This document shows, in pieces, positions 40,138 through 48,852 of a stretch of DNA of 64,000 bases. Origin of the DNA: an uncultured Lachnospiraceae bacterium. GTDB lineage: Bacteria; Bacillota; Clostridia; Lachnospirales; Lachnospiraceae. How positions within the stretch are numbered: the first letter of the stretch is position 1; each line of letters starts with the position of its first letter. The stretch spans positions 27,975-91,974 of the forward strand of contig CAZUCI010000002.1 in the NCBI GenBank assembly GCA_964619485.1, given 5' to 3'. The notes beneath the pieces are model-generated. The model did not search any database and had not been told where the DNA came from. It saw nothing but the letters and a program-made list of their open reading frames with translations. The translations under genes and the position numbers were made by a program.

Positions 40138-41631
40138 ATGGGAAAACCAACTGGATTTATGGAGTATGAAAGATGCGTCAGTCAGGCGGAAACTCCAAAG
40201 GATAGAATCAAACATTTTAATGAATTCCATAAGCATCTTTCCAAAGAAAAACAGGAGCTGCAGGGCGCACGCTGCATGGAGTGCGGTGTGCCCTTCTGTC
40301 AGGCGGGAATGATGATCTGTGGAATGGCATCAGGGTGTCCCCTTCACAATCTTGTTCCTGAATGGAATGATCTGGTCTACACAGGAAACTGGGAGCAGGC
40401 CTACAATCGTCTCAAAAAGACCAATAACTTTCCGGAATTCACATCAAGAGTCTGTCCGGCTCTGTGTGAGGCGGCCTGCACCTGTGGATTGAATGGTGAC
40501 CCTGTTTCTTCCAAGGAGAATGAGTATGCCATTATTGAAAATGCCTATAGAGAGGGCTATGCAAAAGCCAATCCGCCGAAGGTACGCACCGGGAAAAAGG
40601 TGGCAGTCATCGGAAGCGGACCCTCCGGACTTGCCTGCGCTGATCAGCTGAATAAGAGAGGGCATCTGGTTACCGTGTTTGAGCGCCACGACCGCATCGG
40701 CGGGCTTTTGATGTACGGCATTCCAAATATGAAGCTGGAGAAATCCATTGTGGAACGCAAGGTAAAAATCATGGAGGAGGAAGGGATTACCTTTGTGACA
40801 AATACAGATGTGGGGAAAGATTTAAAAACAGCAAAGCTGTTAGCTGATTTTGACCGCGTTGTGTTATGCTGTGGCTCTTCCAATCCAAGAGACATCAATG
40901 CACCTGGAAGAGACGCCAGGGGAATCTATTTTGCAGTGGACTTTTTGTCAGCAAACACCAAATCACTGTTGGATTCCCAGTTCAAGGATAAAAAATATGT
41001 GGATACAAAAGGGAAAAATGTTGTGATTATCGGTGGCGGTGACACAGGAAATGACTGCGTGGGAACCTCTATTCGTCACGGGGCAAAAGCTGTGACTCAG
41101 ATTGAGATGATGCCAAAGGCACCGGATGAGAGAGCAGAAAATAATCCATGGCCCGAATGGCCCAAGATTTGTAAGACTGATTATGGTCAGGAGGAAGCCA
41201 TAGCCTTGTTTGGACATGATCCCCGTATCTATGAGAGCACTGTCAAGGAATTTATTAAGGATAAGAATGGAAATTTAAAGGCTGTTAAAATCGTAAAGCT
41301 TCATTGGGAAAAGGACGCTGCAAGTGGTCGTATGAAGATGAGCGAGGTTGCAGGAAGCGAACAGCTCCTGGATGCTGAAATTGTATTGATTGCAGCAGGC
41401 TTTCTTGGAAGCCAGAAATATGTTACAGATGCTTTTAAGGTAGAAACCAATGAGAGAACCAATGTGAAAACAGCAGCAGGAAAATATGAAACAAGTGTGA
41501 AACATATTTTCACAGCAGGTGATATGCATCGCGGACAGTCCCTTGTTGTATGGGCCATACGTGAAGGCCGCGAAGCCGCAAAGGCAGTGGACGAGAGCCT
41601 TCTTGGCTACTCCAATCTCAATGTGCAGTGA
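40138..41631 (+). CDS. gltD: Glutamate synthase small subunit
   Basis: RCMECGVPFC, GCPLHN, SRVCPALCE, GSGPSGL, GGGDTGNDC, AGDMHRGQSLVVWAI. Confidence 0.97.
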   Translation: MGKPTGFMEYERCVSQAETPKDRIKHFNEFHKHLSKEKQELQGARCMECGVPFCQAGMMICGMASGCPLHNLVPEWNDLVYTGNWEQAYNRLKKTNNFPEFTSRVCPALCEAACTCGLNGDPVSSKENEYAIIENAYREGYAKANPPKVRTGKKVAVIGSGPSGLACADQLNKRGHLVTVFERHDRIGGLLMYGIPNMKLEKSIVERKVKIMEEEGITFVTNTDVGKDLKTAKLLADFDRVVLCCGSSNPRDINAPGRDARGIYFAVDFLSANTKSLLDSQFKDKKYVDTKGKNVVIIGGGDTGNDCVGTSIRHGAKAVTQIEMMPKAPDERAENNPWPEWPKICKTDYGQEEAIALFGHDPRIYESTVKEFIKDKNGNLKAVKIVKLHWEKDAASGRMKMSEVAGSEQLLDAEIVLIAAGFLGSQKYVTDAFKVETNERTNVKTAAGKYETSVKHIFTAGDMHRGQSLVVWAIREGREAAKAVDESLLGYSNLNVQ

Positions 41632-41773
41632 TAGTACTTTAGTTTCATAAAACATTGTACTGAAAAAAGAACTTTACTTTCAAAAAAAAATCAGTATAAT
41701 TCAATCAATAACAAGAAAATGACATATATTGTATTGTGCATGGGCACACTGTTTTTGAAAGGTGGTTTTTATC

Positions 41774-42001
41774 ATGACAGAACGCAAATTAGTTTTAGGA
41801 CCTTCGGATGCCAAGGAACTGGTTGACATTGCAGGCAGATGTGATTTTGACATTGATATTTCATACAATCGTTATGCGGTAGATGCAAAATCAATTTTGG
41901 GAGTGCTTGCTTTGGATTTTACTAAAGTGCTTACCATTCGTTACAATGGCAGAAGTGAAGAGCTGGAACGCTTTTTAAATCATTTCGCAATGGCTTGCTG
42001 A
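41774..42001 (+). CDS. HPr-family protein lacking the His15 motif
   Basis: VDAKSILG (Ser46 motif) is present. The 75-aa protein contains no GLHARP and no His in its N-terminal region. Confidence 0.8.
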   Translation: MTERKLVLGPSDAKELVDIAGRCDFDIDISYNRYAVDAKSILGVLALDFTKVLTIRYNGRSEELERFLNHFAMAC

Positions 42002-42076
42002 CATTTAACGGATAAATAATGTTCTGCCCGCTTTGCGGACAGCGCATTGCAAGATAAGAGATGAAGAAGAACAACA

Positions 42077-42118
42077 AAGACCCGACGTTGCCAATTACAG
42101 GCGACGCCGGGTTTTTTG
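42077..42118 (+). terminator. Probable Rho-independent terminator
   Basis: acccgacgttgcc-loop-ggcgacgccgggt followed by ttttt. Confidence 0.7.
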
Positions 42119-42134
42119 CTGCATACAATGTTCT

Positions 42135-42274
42135 GCATATAATGTGCTGCCCGCTATGTGTTCAGAACATTGCTGTATTGCATATAATGTGATGCCCGTT
42201 ATGTGTGCAGAACATTGCTGTATTGCATATAATGTGCTGCCTGCTGTGCGTACAGGACACTGTTAATACTGCAT
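42135..42274 (+). repeat. 45-bp tandem repeat x3
   Basis: gcatataatgtgctgcccgctatgtgttcagaacattgctgtatt units start at 42135, 42180 and 42225. Confidence 0.9.
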
Positions 42275-42324
42275 GGCTCATGATATAATAAGAGCCGATG
42301 ATGTTGAAAGGAGGAGGTCTTCAA

Positions 42325-44787
42325 ATGGAAATTCGAATCTCAGTGCGAAGCTTTGTGGAATTTTTGCTTCGATCCGGCGATATTGATAATCGCAGGACCG
42401 GAGGAAATGAAGATGCAATGGCAGAGGGTGCCAGAATTCACCGCATGATCCAGAAGCGTATGGGTATAGAGTATCAGGCAGAGGTTACCATGGCACAGGC
42501 AATTTCCTTTGAAGAGTACTCCATTATAATAGAAGGAAGAGCAGACGGGGTCATCGATGACCGCGCTCACGGGCGGGTAGTTATCGATGAAATTAAAGCA
42601 ACCTATCGGGAACTGAAGAGAATTGATGTGCCGGACCCTGTGCATCTGGCTCAGGCAAAATGCTATGCTTACATGTGGGCAAAGCAAAACAGACTTGATT
42701 CTATTGGCATTCGCATGACCTATTGCAACATAGACTCGGAAGAAATAAAGTATTTCCATGAAAATTTCAAGTTTTCCACCTTGAATAAATGGTTTCTTTC
42801 TTTAATAGAAGAATACAGAAAATGGTCTGATTTTGAATATGCCTGGAAAAAGAAAAGGCAGGAAAGCATCGAGGCTTTGAAATTTCCTTTTCCTTATAGA
42901 AAGGGACAAAAGGAGCTGGTGGGATATGTTTATCAGACAATTTCAAAGGGAAAAAAGCTTTTTGTAGAGGCACCAACGGGGGGTGGAAAAACGATTTCCA
43001 CCATGTATCCGGCTTTGAAGGCGGTTGCGGAGGGGAAGGCAGATAAGCTGTTTTACCTGACAGCCAAAACAGTGACCGGCACAGTTGCAAAGGATACCCT
43101 GTCAATGCTCAGAGAACAGGGGCTTTGCATGAAGAGTGCCCTGCTGACTGCCAAGGAAAAGGTTTGCCCGCTGGAGGAATGCAACTGCAATCCCCAGGCC
43201 TGTCCCTTTGCCAGGGGGCATTACGACCGTATCAATGATGCGGTTTATGACCTGCTTGAGCATGAGGATGAATTTGACAGAGAAAAAATCCTGGATTATG
43301 CACTTTCTCATGAGGTCTGTCCCTTCGAAATGGGGCTGGATATGAGCCTGTTCTCGGATACTGTTATCTGTGATTACAACTATCTCTTTGATCCAAGGGC
43401 TTATTTGCGGCGCTTTTTTGCAGATGGTATTACCGGTTCCTATCTTTTCCTGATAGATGAGGCCCATAATCTTGTGGAACGTGGCAGAAGCATGTACAGT
43501 GCCACTCTGGTTAAGGAAGACATTCTGGCGGTGAAAAATATCGTGGAGCCGTATTCCCCTTATCTGGCCAAGCTGTTTGAAAAATGTAACCGGGAATTAC
43601 TGGTGCTGAAAAAGCAGTGCGAAAACTATGAAATTTTAAAGAGCCATGCCTCTTTTGTGGAGCAGGTAAACAGACTTCATGGGGCAATCAATAACTACCT
43701 GGAGGATCATGAGGACAGCCCAGTAAAGGATGAACTTTTGAATTATTATTTCGAATTGTCCCGTTTTCTTGATGTTTATGACCGAATGGATGAGGATTAT
43801 GTGGTTTATACCGGATATGAGGATGACGGCTCCTTTTTCATCAAGGAATTTTGCGTTGATCCGGCAAGACAGTTGAAGGAGTGTATGGACAAAGGCGTTT
43901 CAACGATTCTCTTTTCAGCCACATTTCTTCCAATCCAGTATTATAAGAGTCTTCTGGGCGGAGACCAGGAGGATTATGAGGTTTATGCGAAGAGCACCTT
44001 TGATCCGAAACAGCAGATTCAGATTATTGGCAATGAGGTTACAAGCCGCTACCTGAGGCGAAATGACAGAGAGTATGAGAATATTGCCTGTTATATTCAT
44101 GAACTGATCAGAGCCAGAGTGGGAAACTATCTGGTGTTCTTTCCTTCGCACGCATTTCTGGACGCGGTTTATGATGCCTTTCAAGCTATGTATGGAGAAG
44201 ATGAAATTTCCATTATCGTGCAGGAAAGCAGAATGAGAGAGGATGAGCGAGAGGCCTTTTTAGACCAGTTTTCCTTTATGGAGGATGTGGATTTCAGGGA
44301 CAAGATTCAAATGGAGGTTCTTGTGGAGGAGGATGAGCAATCAGGTGTTGACAGGCATCCAGAGGGCGAAAGGCTTCCCGAGGCCTACAGGCATACAGAG
44401 GGGAATTCCAGGACGCTGCTGGGTTTCTGTGTGCTGGGGGGAATCTTTGGCGAGGGAATTGATTTAAAAAGGGATTCTCTGATTGGTTCAATTATAGTTG
44501 GGACAGGTCTCCCGCAGGTTTGTCCGGAACGTGAAATCCTTAAGAATTACTTTGATGAGACGGGAAAGAATGGATTTGATTATGCCTATCGTTATCCGGG
44601 TATGAATAAGGTGCTTCAGGCAGCAGGAAGAGTAATCAGAACAGCTGATGACAGGGGAATTATCGCCTTACTGGATGAACGATTTGTCCAGAGCGGTTAT
44701 CAGAAAATGTTTCCTGCAGAGTGGCAGAACTTAAGGGTGATTTCCATGGATAAAGCGAAGGAAGAGGCCGAGAAATTTTGGGTATAA
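42325..44787 (+). CDS. Rad3/XPD/DinG-family Fe-S helicase with N-terminal PD-(D/E)xK-like nuclease domain
   Basis: EGRADG..IDEIKA..HLAQAKCYAY; APTGGGKT; CPLEECNCNPQACP..CPFE; DEAHN; LFSAT; FFPS; GIFGEGID; QAAGRVIR. Confidence 0.92.
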   Translation: MEIRISVRSFVEFLLRSGDIDNRRTGGNEDAMAEGARIHRMIQKRMGIEYQAEVTMAQAISFEEYSIIIEGRADGVIDDRAHGRVVIDEIKATYRELKRIDVPDPVHLAQAKCYAYMWAKQNRLDSIGIRMTYCNIDSEEIKYFHENFKFSTLNKWFLSLIEEYRKWSDFEYAWKKKRQESIEALKFPFPYRKGQKELVGYVYQTISKGKKLFVEAPTGGGKTISTMYPALKAVAEGKADKLFYLTAKTVTGTVAKDTLSMLREQGLCMKSALLTAKEKVCPLEECNCNPQACPFARGHYDRINDAVYDLLEHEDEFDREKILDYALSHEVCPFEMGLDMSLFSDTVICDYNYLFDPRAYLRRFFADGITGSYLFLIDEAHNLVERGRSMYSATLVKEDILAVKNIVEPYSPYLAKLFEKCNRELLVLKKQCENYEILKSHASFVEQVNRLHGAINNYLEDHEDSPVKDELLNYYFELSRFLDVYDRMDEDYVVYTGYEDDGSFFIKEFCVDPARQLKECMDKGVSTILFSATFLPIQYYKSLLGGDQEDYEVYAKSTFDPKQQIQIIGNEVTSRYLRRNDREYENIACYIHELIRARVGNYLVFFPSHAFLDAVYDAFQAMYGEDEISIIVQESRMREDEREAFLDQFSFMEDVDFRDKIQMEVLVEEDEQSGVDRHPEGERLPEAYRHTEGNSRTLLGFCVLGGIFGEGIDLKRDSLIGSIIVGTGLPQVCPEREILKNYFDETGKNGFDYAYRYPGMNKVLQAAGRVIRTADDRGIIALLDERFVQSGYQKMFPAEWQNLRVISMDKAKEEAEKFWV

Positions 44788-45047
44788 AATCTTTTTTCTC
44801 CGTGTCCACTGTATGGGGTACATTATAACAATAAAGAGGATGTAAAACTCCGATTTTGCTGCAGTTGTGCCCCGTTATTTTTGTAATATGGGGCATAAGT
44901 ACATAAAATTCGTCTTCTTGTGCCCTAAAAGCATTATGTAAACCTACATTTAGCGTTGTTGCGGGGCACAAGAAGGGCTTTTTGGCTAATCCATGCCCCG
45001 CTTCTAAATTAAAATTTCTGCCCCGCTGCAAATGATATAGCTAATTA

Positions 45048-45104
45048 TGGAAGATAGTAATATTTAGTGGAAGATAATAATACCTAGTGGAAGATAGTCC
45101 TTAG
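45048..45104 (+). repeat. 20-bp tandem repeat x3 at the nfo 3' end
   Basis: tggaagata starts at 45048, 45068 and 45088. Confidence 0.85.
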
Positions 45105-45979
45105 TTATTAAATAACAACCGTGATATTTCTTCCTTATATGGCGCTTTTGTTTTCCCGGGGTAATCTGGATCAGGAATCCAGGGCGTTTCCAATATCTTT
45201 GGGATAGACATAAAGTCTGGATGATATACAATTCGCTGCAATGCTTCAAAACCAATATATCCGTTACCGATATTGGCATGGCGGTCTTTAGCTGCACCAA
45301 GGGGATTTTTGCTGTCATTGATGTGGAAAACAGCAATTTGTTTCTTGCCGATGAGATGGTCAAATTTATCTATAACAGAATCAAATTCGTTTACAATGTC
45401 ATAACCTGCGTCGTTCACATGGCAGGTATCAAAGCATATACGCAGATTCTCAGGATATTTTACCTTGTCATAGATGTCGGCCAGCTCTTCAAAGCTGCGG
45501 CCCAGCTCAGAGCCCTTTCCGGCCATGGTTTCCAAAGCAATTTTACAGCTTTGATCCTTTATCATGACTTCATTGAGCCCTTCTACTATTTTATTGATTC
45601 CGGTCTGTACATCGGCACCTACAGAGGAGCCCGGGTGTAATACAAGAATTTTGCTGCCCATGGCAGTGCTTCTTGTAAGCTCCTTTTGCAGAAATTCCAC
45701 GGCAAGTGTAAAAATTTCAGGCTTAATACTGTTGGCCAGATTGATGATATAGGGAGCATGGATGACAATCTGCTCGATATGATGTGCATGGAGATAATCC
45801 CAGCCTTCTTCTATACGACATTCACTAATCTCTTTTCTACGGGTATTTTGAGGTGCACCCGTGTAGACCATAAGCGTATTGGAGCCATAACTGACCGCTT
45901 CTTTTGCAGAACCTAAAAACATTTCTTTTCCACTCATGCCCACATGAGATCCTAAAATAACATCTGATTCTAAATCCAT
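45101..45979 (-). CDS. nfo: Endonuclease IV (AP endonuclease)
   Basis: GSHV, HAPYIINL, LHPG, LETMAGKG, DTCH, HINDS, DRH and ILET zinc-ligand motifs. Confidence 0.96.
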   Translation of the reverse strand: MDLESDVILGSHVGMSGKEMFLGSAKEAVSYGSNTLMVYTGAPQNTRRKEISECRIEEGWDYLHAHHIEQIVIHAPYIINLANSIKPEIFTLAVEFLQKELTRSTAMGSKILVLHPGSSVGADVQTGINKIVEGLNEVMIKDQSCKIALETMAGKGSELGRSFEELADIYDKVKYPENLRICFDTCHVNDAGYDIVNEFDSVIDKFDHLIGKKQIAVFHINDSKNPLGAAKDRHANIGNGYIGFEALQRIVYHPDFMSIPKILETPWIPDPDYPGKTKAPYKEEISRLLFNN

Positions 45980-46068
45980 TTCGATTCCTCCAAATAGTAA
46001 AAAAAATAAAATGACACTGAAGTTAGTTTAACATATAACTGGCGTGATTTAAAATACAGCAGATGGAT

Positions 46069-46243
46069 TTATCCACAATTGTTCAAAATGGTTCACATAA
46101 GAACAAGATGCATAAAGATATTATGGAAAGTACTAATTGGTCGATATTTTGATGAAAATGCCGAAAATGAAAGATTTTCCTGCATTGCCTGCAAAGAAAA
46201 AACTGGAAATTAGTCGAAAAATAAAAAATGACATTGTGGATAA
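46069..46243. promoter_or_regulatory. Two perfect DnaA boxes upstream of nfo
   Basis: TTATCCACA at 46069-46077 and TGTGGATAA at 46235-46243. Confidence 0.6.
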
Positions 46244-46575
46244 CTATGTGGAAATTGGGGATTTTTTTAGAAGAGGTCGTTATTTTCTGATTTTGCAAGA
46301 AAAAAGTCATTTCTGAATTGAAAGGGAAAATGCAAAAATAAACAACAAAACAAAGCAATTATGTAAACTGAATAAAAAAGCAGGATTGTAAAAAGGGAAG
46401 AAGAAAAAGATAAAATATCGGAAATTAAATAACGTACGAAATGAAAAATAATGAAGAAAGAGAAATCATCTCAAATCAAATAGAAGATATGTAATTTATG
46501 AAAAATATGGTATACTCATTTTGTGGTTAAAAAAATCTGATACATATATATTGTATATAGATATGGGAAACTACA

Positions 46576-46604
46576 TTGACATGCACTTGTGCATGTGATA
46601 AACT
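46576..46604 (+). promoter_or_regulatory. SigA promoter of the GH13 gene with a palindromic operator in the spacer
   Basis: ttgaca 46576-46581, 17 bp, TGn-taaact 46599-46604; acatgcac-tt-gtgcatgt at 46579-46596. Confidence 0.7.
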
Positions 46605-46663
46605 GAGTGTACTAAGAATGTTAGTACACTTGCACACAAGAGATGAAAGTAGAGGACTGGAAT

Positions 46664-47977
46664 ATGTGGGCTTATGAAAGTGTATTTTATCAAATTTATC
46701 CATTGGGTTTTTGCGGAGCACCATTTGAAAATGATGGAGCTGTCTGCAACAGAATTAAGAAGGTAATCGATTGGATTCCTCATATAAAAAAGCTGGGCAC
46801 AAATGCAATTTATTTTTCTCCTGTTTTTGAATCAGATACACACGGATACAATACAAGGGACTACACAAGGATTGACTGCAGACTTGGCACCAATGAGGAT
46901 TTCGCAGAGGTTTGCAGGGCATTACATAAGGATGGAATTAAAATTGTATTAGATGGTGTATTTAACCACGTTGGAAGAGGGTTCTGGGCTTTTCAGGATG
47001 TTTTGAAGAACAGAGAGAGCTCTCCATATAAGGATTGGTTTTCCAGAATTGATTTCGGTGGGAATTCCAATTATAACGATGGACTGTGGTATGAAGGCTG
47101 GGAAGGAAATTATGATCTTGTGAAATTAAATCTTCGCAACGAAGAGGTCATTAACCATATTTTCCAGGCGATTGAAGGCTGGATCAGGGAATTTGAAATT
47201 GACGGACTGCGCCTTGATGTAGCATACTGCCTCGACCATGATTTTGCCAGAAGACTGAGAAGCTTTTGCGCTAGTAAAAAGGAAGATTTTTTCCTGGTTG
47301 GAGAAATGCTTCACGGTGACTATAAACAGCTGATGAATGATTCCATGCTGCATTCAGCTACGAATTATGAATGCTATAAGGGGCTTTATTCCAGCTTTAA
47401 CAGTATGAATATGTTTGAAATAAATCATTCACTGCTTCGCCAGTTTGGTCCGGAGGAGTGGACTTTGTACAAAGGGAAACATCTGTTATCATTTGTGGAT
47501 AACCATGATGTGAGCAGAATTGCCAGTATTTTAACCAATCCAGAGCATCTCCCGCTGATTTATGCACTTACCTTTGGCATGCCGGGAATTCCATGTGTAT
47601 ATTATGGAAGTGAGTGGGGCGCAAAAGCAGATAAGAGCGAGGGTGACCCGGCACTGAGGGCTTCCTTTGATGCTCCTGTGGAAAATGAACTGTCGGAGTG
47701 GATTGGAAGGCTTGCAAGGGCAAAAAAAGAGAGCAAAGCATTAAATTATGGAACATTTCGTTCCGTGCTTTTAACCAATAAACAGTGTATTTTTGAGAGA
47801 AAAACTGAGGACGAGCGGGTTCTTGTTGCAATCAATGCGGATGGAGAAGCTTTTGATGCTCACTTTGATGCCGGATGTGGAATGGCTGTTGATTTAATCA
47901 CAGGAGAGCCACACGACTTTGGAGGGGGAAGCAGACTTCCAGCCTACAGTGCTGCTTTCTGGAAAATGGAGAAATAG
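46664..47977 (+). CDS. GH13 alpha-amylase-family hydrolase (maltodextrin glucosidase/cyclomaltodextrinase-like, intracellular)
   Basis: FYQIYP, HGY, DGVFNH, GLRLDVA (nucleophile), VGEML (acid/base), DNHD. No signal peptide. Confidence 0.92.
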   Translation: MWAYESVFYQIYPLGFCGAPFENDGAVCNRIKKVIDWIPHIKKLGTNAIYFSPVFESDTHGYNTRDYTRIDCRLGTNEDFAEVCRALHKDGIKIVLDGVFNHVGRGFWAFQDVLKNRESSPYKDWFSRIDFGGNSNYNDGLWYEGWEGNYDLVKLNLRNEEVINHIFQAIEGWIREFEIDGLRLDVAYCLDHDFARRLRSFCASKKEDFFLVGEMLHGDYKQLMNDSMLHSATNYECYKGLYSSFNSMNMFEINHSLLRQFGPEEWTLYKGKHLLSFVDNHDVSRIASILTNPEHLPLIYALTFGMPGIPCVYYGSEWGAKADKSEGDPALRASFDAPVENELSEWIGRLARAKKESKALNYGTFRSVLLTNKQCIFERKTEDERVLVAINADGEAFDAHFDAGCGMAVDLITGEPHDFGGGSRLPAYSAAFWKMEK

Positions 47978-48030
47978 GCATAATTGCGAAAGAACATAAA
48001 AAACAAGCGTTTTTTATTATGAAAACCTTG

Positions 48031-48061
48031 AAACCGTCCCAATTTCAGGGACGGTTTTTTT
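48031..48061 (+). terminator. Rho-independent terminator
   Basis: aaaccgtccc-aatttca-gggacggttt followed by tttt. Confidence 0.85.
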
Positions 48062-48138
48062 GTCAGGGTGTTGTTCAGACGGCAGAGTGGGACGCTGTTG
48101 TAATGTACTACAAATATATATGTGGAAGGAAGTGCAGT

Positions 48139-48852
48139 ATGAAGAGTGATAGGGAAACCGTTATACAGGTCAAAAATCTGTATAAGGTGTATCGGGTAGG
48201 TGATACCAAGGTACGAGCCTTGAACGGTGTTGATTTTGAAATTCACAGAGGGGAGTTCTGTGCGATTGTCGGAACCTCAGGCTCGGGCAAATCTACATTG
48301 CTGAACATGATGGCCGGTCTGGAAAAGCCAACCAAGGGTGAAATCATGATTGCAGGGGAGCATATGGAGCATAAGTCGGAAAATGAGCTCGTTGGCTTCA
48401 GAAGAGAACATATCGGTTTCATATTTCAGTCCTTCAATCTGATGGGGACGATGAATGCGGTGGAAAATGTTGCATTGCCGCTGACTTTTCAGGGAATTGA
48501 TAAGGCCACTAGACTGAAAAAGGCCAATGAGGCAATTAAGCTTGTTGGACTTTCCAAATATAAGGACCATAAACCGACGCAGATGTCAGGTGGACAGCAG
48601 CAGCGTGTCGGTGTTGCAAGAGCTCTGGTGGTGGACCCGGAAATCATTTTTGCAGATGAGCCCACAGGAAATCTGGATTCAAATACTTCAGAGGAAGTGA
48701 TGCATCTGATGCAGAAGGTGGTCAGAGAGAATCATCAGACTTTGGTTATGGTAACTCATGATAATCATCTTGCCAGTTATGCAGACCGAATCTTTCATAT
48801 AAAGGATGGTAAAATTGTGAAAATAGAGGATCAGAGGGAGAAGAGAGAATGA
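48139..48852 (+). CDS. ABC transporter ATP-binding protein (MacB/LolD-like)
   Basis: GTSGSGKST, FIFQSFNL, MSGGQQQRV, ADEPTGNLDS, VTHD. Start at 48139 follows GGAAGG. Confidence 0.95.
   Translation: MKSDRETVIQVKNLYKVYRVGDTKVRALNGVDFEIHRGEFCAIVGTSGSGKSTLLNMMAGLEKPTKGEIMIAGEHMEHKSENELVGFRREHIGFIFQSFNLMGTMNAVENVALPLTFQGIDKATRLKKANEAIKLVGLSKYKDHKPTQMSGGQQQRVGVARALVVDPEIIFADEPTGNLDSNTSEEVMHLMQKVVRENHQTLVMVTHDNHLASYADRIFHIKDGKIVKIEDQREKRE

Noticed and set aside
47494-47502. Third perfect DnaA box as a regulatory site
   Set aside because: Explained by the conserved FVDNHD codons of the GH13 catalytic motif.
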